Shown here: in pieces, positions 44,719 through 53,744 of the stretch
How positions within the stretch are numbered: the stretch's first letter is position 1
How the letters are laid out: each line of letters opens with the position of its first letter
The notes under the pieces: generated by a model
What the model was told of the DNA's origin: nothing
The model's input: the letters and a program-made list of their open reading frames with translations, nothing else
Database searches by the model: none
Program-made: the position numbers and the translations under genes
Assembly: GCA_038246545.1 (NCBI GenBank)
Contig: JBBRVW010000025.1
Coordinates: 3,864 to 67,863 of the forward strand
Origin: Actinomycetes bacterium
GTDB taxonomy: Bacteria; Actinomycetota; Actinomycetes; JACCUZ01
Direction: 5' to 3'
DNA length: 64,000 nucleotides

Positions 44719-45405
44719 TCAGCCGCCGAACGCCTGCTGGTAGGCGGCGGTCAGCTGCGGGTCGGCCGGGCCGGAGAACCCGCAGCCGTTGACGGTGCCG
44801 TCGGTCGCGGCCACCAGGTACTGCGTGCCCCGGGTGAACTCGACCCCGTCGAGGGCGACCGACGTATTACCGCCCGGCTGCGCGACGGTCACGACCTCCG
44901 CTCGCTGCTGAGCCGCGCTGCCGTTGTACCAGCGGTCCACGCTCAGGGTGACCTGCTCGTCCGTGACACCGGTGACGGTGCCGGCGAACGCGACCGGCAT
45001 GTCGCGCAGGAACTGCACGTCGAACTGGATGCAGGAGCCGGACACGGGGCCGGCGCCGCCGGGCGCGGTGAGCGCGACGGGCAGGACCGTGGGGGCGGGG
45101 TGGTCTGCTCCGCGTAGCGAGAGCGCGCCGGCGACACCGGCGGCGACGAGAACGAGCGCCGCGGCTGCCGCGAGCCAGCGGCCTGGACCGGACCGGTGCT
45201 CGTCGGGCACGAGCTGGTCGTCGGTGCCGCTGCTGGTGGTGGGGTTCTGGGTGGTGGCCATGATGAGCTCCTCGACGTGGGCCGCTGTCGGGTCCGGCGC
45301 GTGGGCGGGGCCACCCGGTCGGGTCGGGTCGAGGCCGGTGAGGCGGCCCCGCAGCGCGTTGTCGTCGCGCTGCCGGTCGCGGCCGTCCGGCTCGTGCCCG
45401 GTCAC
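44719..45405 (-). CDS. Single-pass membrane protein co-transcribed with the ECF sigma (candidate anti-sigma/partner)
   Basis: GTG 45405 overlaps the sigma stop (GTGA). One TM segment WLAAAAALVLVAAGVAGAL. Extracytoplasmic domain ...CIQFDVQFLRDMPVAFAGTVTGV...LVAATDGTVNGCGF. Confidence 0.7.
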   Translation of the reverse strand: MTGHEPDGRDRQRDDNALRGRLTGLDPTRPGGPAHAPDPTAAHVEELIMATTQNPTTSSGTDDQLVPDEHRSGPGRWLAAAAALVLVAAGVAGALSLRGADHPAPTVLPVALTAPGGAGPVSGSCIQFDVQFLRDMPVAFAGTVTGVTDEQVTLSVDRWYNGSAAQQRAEVVTVAQPGGNTSVALDGVEFTRGTQYLVAATDGTVNGCGFSGPADPQLTAAYQQAFGG

Positions 45406-46019
45406 CGGGGTGCCTCCGTGTCTTCGTGCGGACCGTCCTGTCGAGCGGGTGTGTGTCCGGACGGCCCGGCAGTCTTTCCGGTGCGCTCCGGACCATCCGC
45501 CCCGTGGTCGTCGGTGGCGCCGAGCTGGTCCCGGAGCCGCTTGGTGGCGCGGTGCAGCCGGATGCTGGCGGCGTTCGCGGTGATGCCGAGAACGACTGCC
45601 ATCTCGCGGGGCTCGAGCTGCTCCCACGCCCACAGCCGCAGGACGTCGCGATCGGTGCCGGACAGCGCGGCGAGCGCGGCGGACAGCGCCTGTTCGGGGC
45701 CGGCGTTCCCGCCGGTGGCCCAGACCGGCTCGGGATCGGGATGTGGCTGGGCGGCGAGACGGCGCAGCAGGCCGCGGCGACGTCCCTCGGCGCGACGAGC
45801 GTTCGCCAGGCAGCGGCGGGCGGCGCCGTAGCACCACGGCAGCGCCGCGACGGCGGGGACGTCGTCGAGGCGGCGCCACATCACCAGCAGCGTGTCGGCG
45901 AGGACGTCGTCGACGGCGGTGGGATCGGTGCGGCGCGCCAGGTACCGGCGCAGCGGGGCGTACGTCGCCCGGGCGAGCACGTCGAAGCGTGCCCGCCGCT
46001 CGGCGTCGCCGGAGCTCAC
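45402..46019 (-). CDS. ECF-type RNA polymerase sigma factor
   Basis: GTG 46019. Region 2 VDDVLADTLLVMWRRLDDV...ALPWCYGAARRCLANARR. Region 4 LSGTDRDVLRLWAWEQLEPREMAVVLGITANAASIRLHRATKRLR. Confidence 0.85.
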   Translation of the reverse strand: MSSGDAERRARFDVLARATYAPLRRYLARRTDPTAVDDVLADTLLVMWRRLDDVPAVAALPWCYGAARRCLANARRAEGRRRGLLRRLAAQPHPDPEPVWATGGNAGPEQALSAALAALSGTDRDVLRLWAWEQLEPREMAVVLGITANAASIRLHRATKRLRDQLGATDDHGADGPERTGKTAGPSGHTPARQDGPHEDTEAPR

Positions 46020-46084
46020 ACCCTCAGTGTGTCCGGCCACGGGTCGAGCCTTTCCTCGCCGCGCCCAGCCCGGAGTGGGTGGCG

Positions 46085-46122
46085 GGTGGTGCCCGGCGGC
46101 TGCGCCGCCGCCGGGCACCACC
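46085..46122 (-). terminator. Strong hairpin, 16-bp perfect stem with a 6-nt loop, downstream of the metalloprotease-like gene
   Basis: GGTGGTGCCCGGCGGC-TGCGCC-GCCGCCGGGCACCACC. It sits 18 nt after the stop at 46140 and upstream of the ECF sigma start. Confidence 0.75.
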
Positions 46123-46139
46123 GACCGGTGGGCCGGCCG

Positions 46140-46904
46140 CTACGCCCAGGTGACGAACGTGACGACGGACTGGCCACCGAGGTCCCGCACGTACGTCGAG
46201 TGCCCCGCCGTCCGGGAGCCCTCGACGCGTGTGCCCCAGGTCGACTCGTCGTTGCCGACCTTCGGCTTCCCCGGCTTGGTGGGCGCCGACGCCCCGACCG
46301 TGCTGGTCGAGTCGAGGTGGGAGTAGATGTTCACCAGCTGGTCGTAGTCGTGCTGGTTGGGGTGCTGGTTGGTCGACGGGTCGTTCGTGTAGTCCATGCA
46401 GGTGCCCAGGTTCGGGTTGGTGAAGTTCTCGTCCTGGTGGTCGAGCCCGAACGTGTGCCCGATCTCCTGGCAGGTCACCAGCTGCCGGTAGGCCGGGGTG
46501 TTGTACTGCGCCTGGGCGAAGTAGGTGTCGTTGAGCTTGACCGAGCCCTGGGTGATGTGGGTGCCGCCGGTGACGCTGATGGACGCGATGCCGAGCCAGC
46601 CGGTGTTCCCGTACGCGGCGTTGCACACCTGGACCATGCCGGCGGTCGCCTTGCAGGTGCGGGCGTTCCCGGGGCCGGCGACCACCTTCGTGTCGAGGAC
46701 GGTGGACCTCGCCCAGTCCGTGGACGCCACCCCCAGGTAGGAGTCCCAGGCCGAGGTGACGTTGTCGCCGAGGGCGAGGGTGAACGGGTTCGCGGTGCGG
46801 GCCCAGTGGTAGCCGCCCCACGAGTGGTTGGCCTGAGCGGCAGCGGGGGTGAGCACGGTGGCCAGAGCCGCGGTGGCGGCGACGGCCAGGAGCTTGACAC
46901 GCAT
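46140..46904 (-). CDS. Secreted metzincin-like protein with variant zinc motif QEIGHTFGLDH
   Basis: ATG 46904 gives the signal MRVKLLAVAATAALATVLTPAAAQA. ...YRQLVTCQEIGHTFGLDHQDE...GTCMDYTNDP. Confidence 0.75.
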   Translation of the reverse strand: MRVKLLAVAATAALATVLTPAAAQANHSWGGYHWARTANPFTLALGDNVTSAWDSYLGVASTDWARSTVLDTKVVAGPGNARTCKATAGMVQVCNAAYGNTGWLGIASISVTGGTHITQGSVKLNDTYFAQAQYNTPAYRQLVTCQEIGHTFGLDHQDENFTNPNLGTCMDYTNDPSTNQHPNQHDYDQLVNIYSHLDSTSTVGASAPTKPGKPKVGNDESTWGTRVEGSRTAGHSTYVRDLGGQSVVTFVTWA

Positions 46905-47104
46905 GGGTCTCCTGGGTCGGGGTGTGGACGAAGTGGGGCAAATCTTGGCCGCCGCGCCCGAGGATGAGCAAGAGCTGACGCGTAAAGAGTCAGCCATTCC
47001 CGTGGCCGGTCGGCGCACCCGGAGTGCGACGATGACGCACCTCGTCCGACGGCGGACCAGGGCGGGACCGTGTCCGGCCACGCCCTCCACACCCAAGGAC
47101 ATCC

Positions 47105-47526
47105 GTGCGCTTCCTCGGCAACATCCTCTGGTTGCTCATCGCCGGCCTGTGGCTGTCCCTCGGCTACGTCGTCGCCGGCACATCAACTGCCTGTTCATCA
47201 TCACCATCCCGTTCGGCATCGCGAGCTTCCGGCTCGCCGGCTACGCCCTGTGGCCGTTCGGCCGCACCGTCGTCGCCAAGCCCTCGGCCGGTGTGGCCAG
47301 CGGCATCGGCAACGTCATCTGGTTCGTCGTCTCCGGCGTGTGGCTGGCCATCGGACACGTCATCGCCGGCGTCATCCTGTGCGTGACCGTCATCGGCATC
47401 CCGTTCGGCATCGCGAGCTTCAGGATGGCCGGCCTCGCGCTGTTCCCGCTGGGCAAGGACATCGTGCCGGCCCGCTACGCACACCAGGCCGCACCCGGTA
47501 CGCAGGTCGTAGCCCCGCAGCACTGA
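47105..47526 (+). pseudogene. YccF-domain inner membrane protein, needs a 1-nt frame correction near 47180
   Basis: The GTG 47105 frame gives MRFLGNILWLLIAGLWLSLGYVVAG. The next frame continues INCLFIITIPFGIASFRLAGYALWPFGRTVV...GNVIWFVVSGVWLAIGHVIAGVILCVTVIGIPFGIASFRMAGLALFPLG, i.e. two YccF repeats. Confidence 0.7.
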
Positions 47527-47649
47527 CTCGGCCACCCGCGCGGCCCGCGCAGTAGGCGCCGCCGACCTGGACTGCTGGACACCGACCGGTTCCACCCCGT
47601 CGGCCCGTCGTCGACACTGCCTCGCGTGCCGGTCGGCCGACCCAGGTCG

Positions 47650-47990
47650 TCAGCTCCTGGGCCGTTCCCACTTCGGGTCGTCCATCAAACCAGGATCGAG
47701 GCGGGTCGCGGGACGGTGCGGTGACGTAGGCACGAGCGACCGCCCCTCCCAAGGTGTGGCCGTCGGCAGCAGAGGACACCCGCCCGACCTGCTCGCCGTC
47801 CCGGAAGACGGGCCGGCCCTGCGCAGTGCGGTCAGACCGCGCTGGTCGACCTGTGACGTCAGCGGCTCCGCCGTCCCGCCTGACCTGGTGCTTCGGGGAG
47901 CAGCGCGGGGCTCCGCACGGCCGCCCGGTCGTGCCGCGGACTGCACGACGCAGCAGTCGGACGGCGCGTCGCCGAAGGTCCTTGCCAAAT
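47650..47990 (-). pseudogene. Decayed C-terminal remnant of a GcvT/aminomethyltransferase-family gene
   Basis: Minus-strand text GRPVFRDGEQVGRVSSAADGHTLGGAVARAYV is typical of the GcvT-family C-terminal barrel. Flanking pieces (PLTSQVDQRGLTALR; LDPGLMDDPKWERPRS) lie in other frames. There is no N-terminal part. Confidence 0.4.
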
Positions 47991-48074
47991 GTTACCGGCG
48001 AGTAGCATCATGTTGTTACTGACGGGTAGGAAACCGTCGTCCGGTCACGTCGTACGGAAGGGCGCGCCCCCACC

Positions 48075-49916
48075 ATGGGCCACTACAAGAGCAACCTGCG
48101 CGACATCGAGTTCACCCTCTTCGAGGTCCTGGGGCGCCAGAAGATGCTCGGCACCGGTCCCTACGCCGAGGTCGACGAGGACACCGCGCGCAGCATCCTC
48201 GACGAGGTCGAGCGACTCGCGAGCGGCCCGCTGGCCGCCTCCCTGCTCGCGTCCGACCGCAACCCACCGGTCTACGACCCGGCCACCCGCTCGGTGACGA
48301 TGCCCGAGGAGTTCAGGAAGAGCTACCAGGCCTACATGGACGCCGAGTGGTGGCGGATGGACCTGCCGGAGGAGCTCGGCGGCACCGTCGTCCCGCCCTC
48401 GCTGCGCTGGGCCGTGGCCGAGCTGATCCTCGGCTCCAACCCGGCCGTGCACATGTACGCCTCGGGCATGGCGTTCGCCCACGTGGTCCACCGGCTCGGC
48501 ACCCCGGAGCAGCGCAAGGTCGCCGAGCGGATGGTCGAGGGCCGCTGGGGCGCGACCATGGTGCTGACCGAGCCCGATGCCGGCTCCGACGTCGGTGCCG
48601 GCCGCACGAAGGCGATCGAGCAGGCCGACGGCACCTGGCACATCGAGGGCGTGAAGCGCTTCATCACCTCGGCCGAGCACGACATGTCCGAGAACATCGT
48701 GCACCTGGTGCTGGCCCGCCGCGAGGGCGCCGGACCCGGCACCAAGGGTCTCTCGCTGTTCATCGTGCCGAAGTTCCACTTCGACTGGGACACCGGCGCG
48801 CTGGGCGAGCGCAACGGCGCCTACGTCACCAACGTCGAGCACAAGATGGGCCTCAAGGCCTCCACCACCTGCGAGGTCACCTTCGGCGAGAACGAGCCGG
48901 CCGTCGGCTGGCTCGTGGGCGAGGTGCACGACGGCATCGCGCAGATGTTCAAGATCATCGAGTTCGCGCGGATGATGGTCGGCACCAAGGCGATCGCCAC
49001 GCTGTCCACCGGCTACCTCAACGCCCTCGAGTACGCCAAGACCCGCCAGCAGGGGCCGGACCTCACCCAGATGACCAACAAGGCGGCGCCGCGCGTCACC
49101 ATCACCCACCACCCGGACGTGCGCCGGTCGCTGATGACCCAGAAGGCCTACGCCGAGGGCATGCGCGCCCTGGCGCTCTACACCGCATCGATCCAGGACG
49201 AGGTCGCCCTCGCCGAGCACGCCGGCGACCAGGGCGACGCGTACGACCTGGCCGTACGCCTCAACGACCTGCTGCTCCCGATCGTCAAGGGGTACGGCTC
49301 GGAGAAGTCCTACGAGCTGCTCGGCTCGCAGTCGCTGCAGACCTTCGGCGGGTCCGGCTACCTGCAGGACTACCCGCTCGAGCAGTACATCCGCGACGCC
49401 AAGATCGACACCCTCTACGAGGGCACCACCGCGATCCAGGGGATGGACTTCTTCTTCCGCAAGATCGTGCGGGACAAGGGCCAGGCGCTGACCAAGCTGA
49501 TGACCGACATCCAGGAGTTCGCGAAGGGCGACGAGGGCAACGGCGCCCTCCAGGCCGAGCGCGACCTGCTGGCCAAGGCGCTCGAGGACGTGCAGGCCAT
49601 CGTCGGCACGATGGTCGGCTCGCTGACCGCCTCCGCCGAGGAGGTCACCAACATCTACAAGGTCGGCCAGAACACCACCCGGCTGCTGCTCGCCTGTGGC
49701 GACCTCGTCGTGGCGTGGCTGCTGCTGCGCCAGGCCGCCGTCGCCACCCGCGCGCTGGAGGCGGGCGCCACCGGCAAGGACGCGGCGTTCTACCAGGGGA
49801 AGGTCGCGGCGGCCCGGTTCTTCGCCGCCCAGGTGCTGCCGCTGCTCACCGCGCAGAAGGCGGTCGCCGAGAGCATCGACAACTCCCTCATGGACCTGCC
49901 GGAGGACGCCTTCTAG
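48075..49916 (+). CDS. Large acyl-CoA dehydrogenase (FadE5-like, with C-terminal extension domain)
   Basis: 613-aa [39 protein letters not shown]-type C-terminal region [27 protein letters not shown]. Confidence 0.95.
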   Translation: MGHYKSNLRDIEFTLFEVLGRQKMLGTGPYAEVDEDTARSILDEVERLASGPLAASLLASDRNPPVYDPATRSVTMPEEFRKSYQAYMDAEWWRMDLPEELGGTVVPPSLRWAVAELILGSNPAVHMYASGMAFAHVVHRLGTPEQRKVAERMVEGRWGATMVLTEPDAGSDVGAGRTKAIEQADGTWHIEGVKRFITSAEHDMSENIVHLVLARREGAGPGTKGLSLFIVPKFHFDWDTGALGERNGAYVTNVEHKMGLKASTTCEVTFGENEPAVGWLVGEVHDGIAQMFKIIEFARMMVGTKAIATLSTGYLNALEYAKTRQQGPDLTQMTNKAAPRVTITHHPDVRRSLMTQKAYAEGMRALALYTASIQDEVALAEHAGDQGDAYDLAVRLNDLLLPIVKGYGSEKSYELLGSQSLQTFGGSGYLQDYPLEQYIRDAKIDTLYEGTTAIQGMDFFFRKIVRDKGQALTKLMTDIQEFAKGDEGNGALQAERDLLAKALEDVQAIVGTMVGSLTASAEEVTNIYKVGQNTTRLLLACGDLVVAWLLLRQAAVATRALEAGATGKDAAFYQGKVAAARFFAAQVLPLLTAQKAVAESIDNSLMDLPEDAF

Positions 49917-50108
49917 CGCAGCCCGTCGACCCCGGACGGCAGCGTCGACACGCCAGATCGTCCGCTACGGGGGGTTTTGTCCCGCGTCCGATCGGGTGCA
50001 GCCGGTGTGCGAGCGCCCGTCCCGGGTACCACTGCTCCCAGCGGCCGTCACCCGTCGGTTGCCCGGCTCGTCAGCCGCGCTCCCCGCGCACCACACCTGG
50101 AGGAACCC

Positions 50109-50327
50109 ATGGGCATCGGGGTCAGCATCTTCCTCATCGCCGTCGGCGCCATCCTCGCCTTCGCCGTGAACACGACCGTCTCCGGTCTCGACATCAACGT
50201 GATCGGCTACATCCTCATGATCGTCGGGGTGCTCGGTCTGATCATGACTGCGTTCATCTGGGGCCCGCGCAACCGCGCCCGGGGTGACGTGGTCGAAGAG
50301 CGCCGCGTCTACGACGACCGCGTCTAG
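50109..50327 (+). CDS. Small two-TM membrane protein (DUF6458-like)
   Basis: ATG 50109 is preceded by GGAGGAA. MGIGVSIFLIAVGAILAFAV...VIGYILMIVGVLGLIMTAFIWG. Confidence 0.75.
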   Translation: MGIGVSIFLIAVGAILAFAVNTTVSGLDINVIGYILMIVGVLGLIMTAFIWGPRNRARGDVVEERRVYDDRV

Positions 50328-50347
50328 CCGCACCGCACGGAGCTCGC

Positions 50348-50380
50348 CGGCCGGTGACCCGCACGTCGGGTCACCGGCCG
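50348..50380 (+). terminator. Strong hairpin, 14-bp perfect stem (CGGCCGGTGACCCG-CACGT-CGGGTCACCGGCCG)
   Basis: Starts 21 nt after the stop at 50327. No U-tract. Confidence 0.7.
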
Positions 50381-50412
50381 CAGCACGTCCGGAACTCGGA
50401 AAGGAGCAGCCC

Positions 50413-50760
50413 ATGACACGCCGGCGCGACCGCCGGGGCGGTCCACGGGTCGGCCGAGGGTCGATCAGCACCGCGCTCGTCCTCATGGCCGTGGGCGGCG
50501 TGCTCGCCATCGGAGTCAACCCGCCCACCGTCGTCGAGAAGTACCTCGACCTGCTGGACCTCGGTCTGATCCTGGTCTGGTCCGGCATCCTGCTCGTCGT
50601 GATGGAGGTCGTCATGACCCGACGGCCGCGCTCGGCCCGTCGGCCGCGCCGCTCGGCCTGGGACGACCGCACCGACCAGTGGTACGAGCAGGACGTCCAC
50701 CGGCCGGGCTACGCCGGCTGGACGACGAGGCTGCCCACCGTGCGCGACGAGGGTCGCTGA
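50413..50760 (+). CDS. Small two-TM membrane protein (distant paralog of 50109..50327)
   Basis: ATG 50413 is preceded by AAGGAG. ...ISTALVLMAVGGVLAIGVNPP...LGLILVWSGILLVVMEVVM. Confidence 0.65.
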   Translation: MTRRRDRRGGPRVGRGSISTALVLMAVGGVLAIGVNPPTVVEKYLDLLDLGLILVWSGILLVVMEVVMTRRPRSARRPRRSAWDDRTDQWYEQDVHRPGYAGWTTRLPTVRDEGR

Positions 50761-50865
50761 CCGCCGAGTACGCCGACAGCTGGTACGCCGACGCGACGTA
50801 GAGCGTCGCCTCAGCCGCACCGATGCAGCGCGCCTCGCTCCCGAAGGCACCCGGAGGTCGTTGCT

Positions 50866-52467
50866 GTGGGGGATGGTCGAACGGTTCCGTGTGACCGCAG
50901 GCGCTGGCAGGCTCGGCCCGTTCTGGCGCGCGCGCTGTCATTGAGTGTGTTCGTGGTCCCGGTCGGCGGGTCCTACCTCGTCACGCGCCTCGCGGCACCG
51001 TTCGTCACCGACCTGCCGATGGCCGGTCGGATCATCGCCCTGGGCGTCCTGGCACTCGTCGTGGGCCTCACGGCGGAACGGATCTTCCGCCGGGTCCTCC
51101 CACTCGTCGCGCTCCTGCGGATGACGATGCTGTTCCCGGACCACGCACCTTCGCGGTTCAAGCTGGCGCGGGCGGCCGGTCACACCCGGATCCTCGAGGA
51201 ACGGGCACGCACCCATCCCGGCGAGACGGCCGGTGACGCCGCGACGCGCATCCTCGGACTTCTGACCGCGCTGGGCGCGCACGACCGGCGTACCCGCGGC
51301 CACTCCGAGCGGGTCCGGGTCTTCACCGACGTCGCCGCCGCCGAGCTGCACCTGCCCGCGGGGGCGCGCGACCGGCTGCGCTGGGCGGCGCTGCTCCACG
51401 ACCTCGGCAAGATCGGCGTCCCCGCGGTCGTGCTCAACAAGCCAGCCAGCCTCGATTCCGACGAGTGGGACTCGATCCGCCGCCACCCCGATCAGGGTGC
51501 GGTGCTGGCCGCCCCGTTGATGGCGTGGCTCGGCGAGTGGGGCGCCGCGATCCCCCAGCACCACGAACGGGTCGACGGCAAGGGCTACCCGCTCGGCCTG
51601 GCCGGCCACGAGATCGCGCTGGCAGGACGGATCGTCGCGGTCGCCGACGTCTTCGAGGTCATGACCGCGGCACGCAGCTACAAGCGGCCGATGTCGGTCG
51701 CGGCGGCCCGCCGCGAGCTGGCCGACGCGGCCGGGACGCAGCTGGACTCCGCCGTCGTGCGCGCGTTTCTCGGTGCCAGCCTGCCGCGCGTGCTGTGGGC
51801 GGTGGGACCGCTGGCGCTCCTGATGAACCTCCCGTTCCTGCGCCAGCTCGCCGAGGCCGGCCGGGTCGTCGAGCAGGTCGGCAGCACCGCCGCGGGTCAG
51901 GCCGCCACGGTGGCCGTCGCAGCGACGACCGCGGCGGTCCTTGCCGTGCCGGCGGCAAGCCCGGTCGTGTTCGCCGATCACGACGTCCCCCAGCCGCGCA
52001 ACCAGGGCCACACCTCAGTTCTCGGTGCCTCGGGCGGGGCGGCACCGTCGGCCACCGCGCATCCGGCCAGCCTGAGGTCGCCTCCGGCCGGCCCGGACTC
52101 TCGTCGTAGCCCGCGACCGGGCGATGCGGCCACCGGGCCGACGTCGTTCGCCAGCACGGCCGCAGGCCGGGTCCCTGCCCTGCCCGGTCGCGCGAGCCTT
52201 CCCGAAGCACCCGGGCCGTCGACCGAGCCGGTCGCCGGGACACCGTCCGTGCCGGCAGTGCCCGCGTCGTCGACGGTGCCAGACGTACTGGTCAGGGCGA
52301 GCGAGCGTCAGCGCGTCCCACGCCTGAGCCCTCCACGTCGACAGCGCCGGTACCAGTCCCCGGCATCGCGCCGGTCTCGTTGGGGACCGCCGCCAACTTC
52401 GCGGTGCTCGCCGGGTCGGCGATCACGAACACCGGCCCCACCGCGATCACCGGCTCGATCGGGCTGA
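50866..52467 (+). CDS. Membrane-bound HD-GYP domain protein (cyclic-di-GMP phosphodiesterase family); C-terminal boundary doubtful
   Basis: N-terminal TM segments. HD-GYP core GHSERVRVFT...ALLHDLGKIGVP...HHERVDGKGYPLGL...VADVFEVMTAARSYKRP. After this come more hydrophobic segments and a Pro/Ser/Thr/Ala linker. The last ~55 codons are Arg-rich junk, while another frame continues the linker. Confidence 0.8.
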   Translation: MGDGRTVPCDRRRWQARPVLARALSLSVFVVPVGGSYLVTRLAAPFVTDLPMAGRIIALGVLALVVGLTAERIFRRVLPLVALLRMTMLFPDHAPSRFKLARAAGHTRILEERARTHPGETAGDAATRILGLLTALGAHDRRTRGHSERVRVFTDVAAAELHLPAGARDRLRWAALLHDLGKIGVPAVVLNKPASLDSDEWDSIRRHPDQGAVLAAPLMAWLGEWGAAIPQHHERVDGKGYPLGLAGHEIALAGRIVAVADVFEVMTAARSYKRPMSVAAARRELADAAGTQLDSAVVRAFLGASLPRVLWAVGPLALLMNLPFLRQLAEAGRVVEQVGSTAAGQAATVAVAATTAAVLAVPAASPVVFADHDVPQPRNQGHTSVLGASGGAAPSATAHPASLRSPPAGPDSRRSPRPGDAATGPTSFASTAAGRVPALPGRASLPEAPGPSTEPVAGTPSVPAVPASSTVPDVLVRASERQRVPRLSPPRRQRRYQSPASRRSRWGPPPTSRCSPGRRSRTPAPPRSPARSG

Positions 52468-52988
52468 GCCCGGGCACGTCGGTGACCGGGTTCCCGACCG
52501 CCCCGACCAACGGCACCATCAACCCTGCAGACGGCGTCGCGTCGCAGGCGAAGACCGACCTGGCCGGCGCGTACGACGCCGCCGCGAGCCGGGCGACCAC
52601 CGCCACGATCCCGACCGGGCTCGGCGGTACCACCCGGACGCCGGGGGTGTACGACTCGGCTTCGGGGACGTTCGAGCTCACCGGAACCGTGACCCTGGAC
52701 GCGAAGGGCGACCCGAACGCCGTTTTCATCTTCAAGGCTGCGTCCACACTCGTGACGGCGTCCGCCAGCCGGGTGAACCTGGTCAACGGTGCGCGCGCGG
52801 CCAACGTGTTCTGGCAGGTCGGCAGCTCGGCGACGCCCGGGACCTACTCGGTCCTCCGTGGCAACGTCCTGGCTCTGACGTCGATCACGGTCACGACAGG
52901 GGCGACGGTGGACGGCAGGATGCTGGCCCGCAACGGCGCGGTCACGCTGGACAGCGACATGATCACCCGCACGCCGGGAGGCCAGTAG
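52380..52988 (+). CDS. DUF3494 (ice-binding-like beta-solenoid) domain, without its own signal peptide or credible start
   Basis: LGTAANFAVLAGSAITNTGPTAITGSIGLSPGTSVTGFP...GDPNAVFIFKAAS...ANVFWQVGSSAT...GRMLARNGAVTL. The only start in frame is a TTG at the first conserved residue. The same frame is open upstream and reads ...ASARPTPEPSTSTAPVPVPGIAPVS. Confidence 0.75.
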   Translation: MGTAANFAVLAGSAITNTGPTAITGSIGLSPGTSVTGFPTAPTNGTINPADGVASQAKTDLAGAYDAAASRATTATIPTGLGGTTRTPGVYDSASGTFELTGTVTLDAKGDPNAVFIFKAASTLVTASASRVNLVNGARAANVFWQVGSSATPGTYSVLRGNVLALTSITVTTGATVDGRMLARNGAVTLDSDMITRTPGGQ

Positions 52989-53076
52989 CCCGAGGGGCGG
53001 GCGTCGCCGTCGGCCGCTCGCCTCGCGGATCGGGGGACCACGACGCCTTCGCGTGCCATCCGGCCTGACGAGCGGC

Positions 53077-53742
53077 TCAGCCCAGCGACGCCGGTAGGTC
53101 GACGGCCCGCGACAGGGCGGCAAGCTCGGCGGCCGACTGGTACGGATCGCGGCGGCGCAACACCTCGGCGGCCTCGAGATGCGCCGCGAACGGCGCGCCC
53201 ACCTGCGCGGCGAAGGCCTCCAGCAGGCGCACCAGGGCCGGTCGGAGGTCGTCGGCGATCCCCACGGCCGCGAGCATGCCGTCGGTCACCACCACCTGGG
53301 CGAGGATGACCGCGGTCATGGCCACGTCGAGGGCGGCCGGTCCGGGCCTGGCGTTGGACCAGTCGATGACGACCGGCTCCGGCCCGCGGAGGATCACGTT
53401 GAGCGGGTGCAGGTCGAGGTGCAGCAGCGACTCGCCCGGTGCGGCACCCGGCCAGTCGAGGGCGTGCAGCCGGTCGTGCAGCCCGGGGAGCATCGCCCCG
53501 CCCTCGTCCGGAGCCAGCCCGCCGACCAAGGCCTCGGCCAGCGTCGGGCCGTCGACGCGCTCCATGACGATGTCGGGGCCGGCCGCGTCGTGGACGACCG
53601 GCACGGGGTAGCCGAGGGCGGCGACGGCACGCAGCGTGGCCGCCTCCTCGACGGCGGAGCGGCCGTCGCGGTAGCGCCGCAGCACCAACCCGCCGGTGTA
53701 GGCGAAGACGTCGGAGTCGCGGCCGGACCCGAGCAGGTCCAT
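53077..53742 (-). CDS. Aminoglycoside phosphotransferase (APH) / choline-kinase-like family protein
   Basis: ATG 53742. LLHLDLHPLNVIL (Brenner-like HxDxxxxN) and VVIDWSNA. Confidence 0.8.
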   Translation of the reverse strand: MDLLGSGRDSDVFAYTGGLVLRRYRDGRSAVEEAATLRAVAALGYPVPVVHDAAGPDIVMERVDGPTLAEALVGGLAPDEGGAMLPGLHDRLHALDWPGAAPGESLLHLDLHPLNVILRGPEPVVIDWSNARPGPAALDVAMTAVILAQVVVTDGMLAAVGIADDLRPALVRLLEAFAAQVGAPFAAHLEAAEVLRRRDPYQSAAELAALSRAVDLPASLG

Positions 53743-53744
53743 CC

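Noticed and set aside
52292-52804. 170-aa minus-strand ORF with fairly protein-like composition
   Set aside because: It is exactly antisense to the DUF3494 domain, whose plus-strand translation carries the family's conserved motifs.
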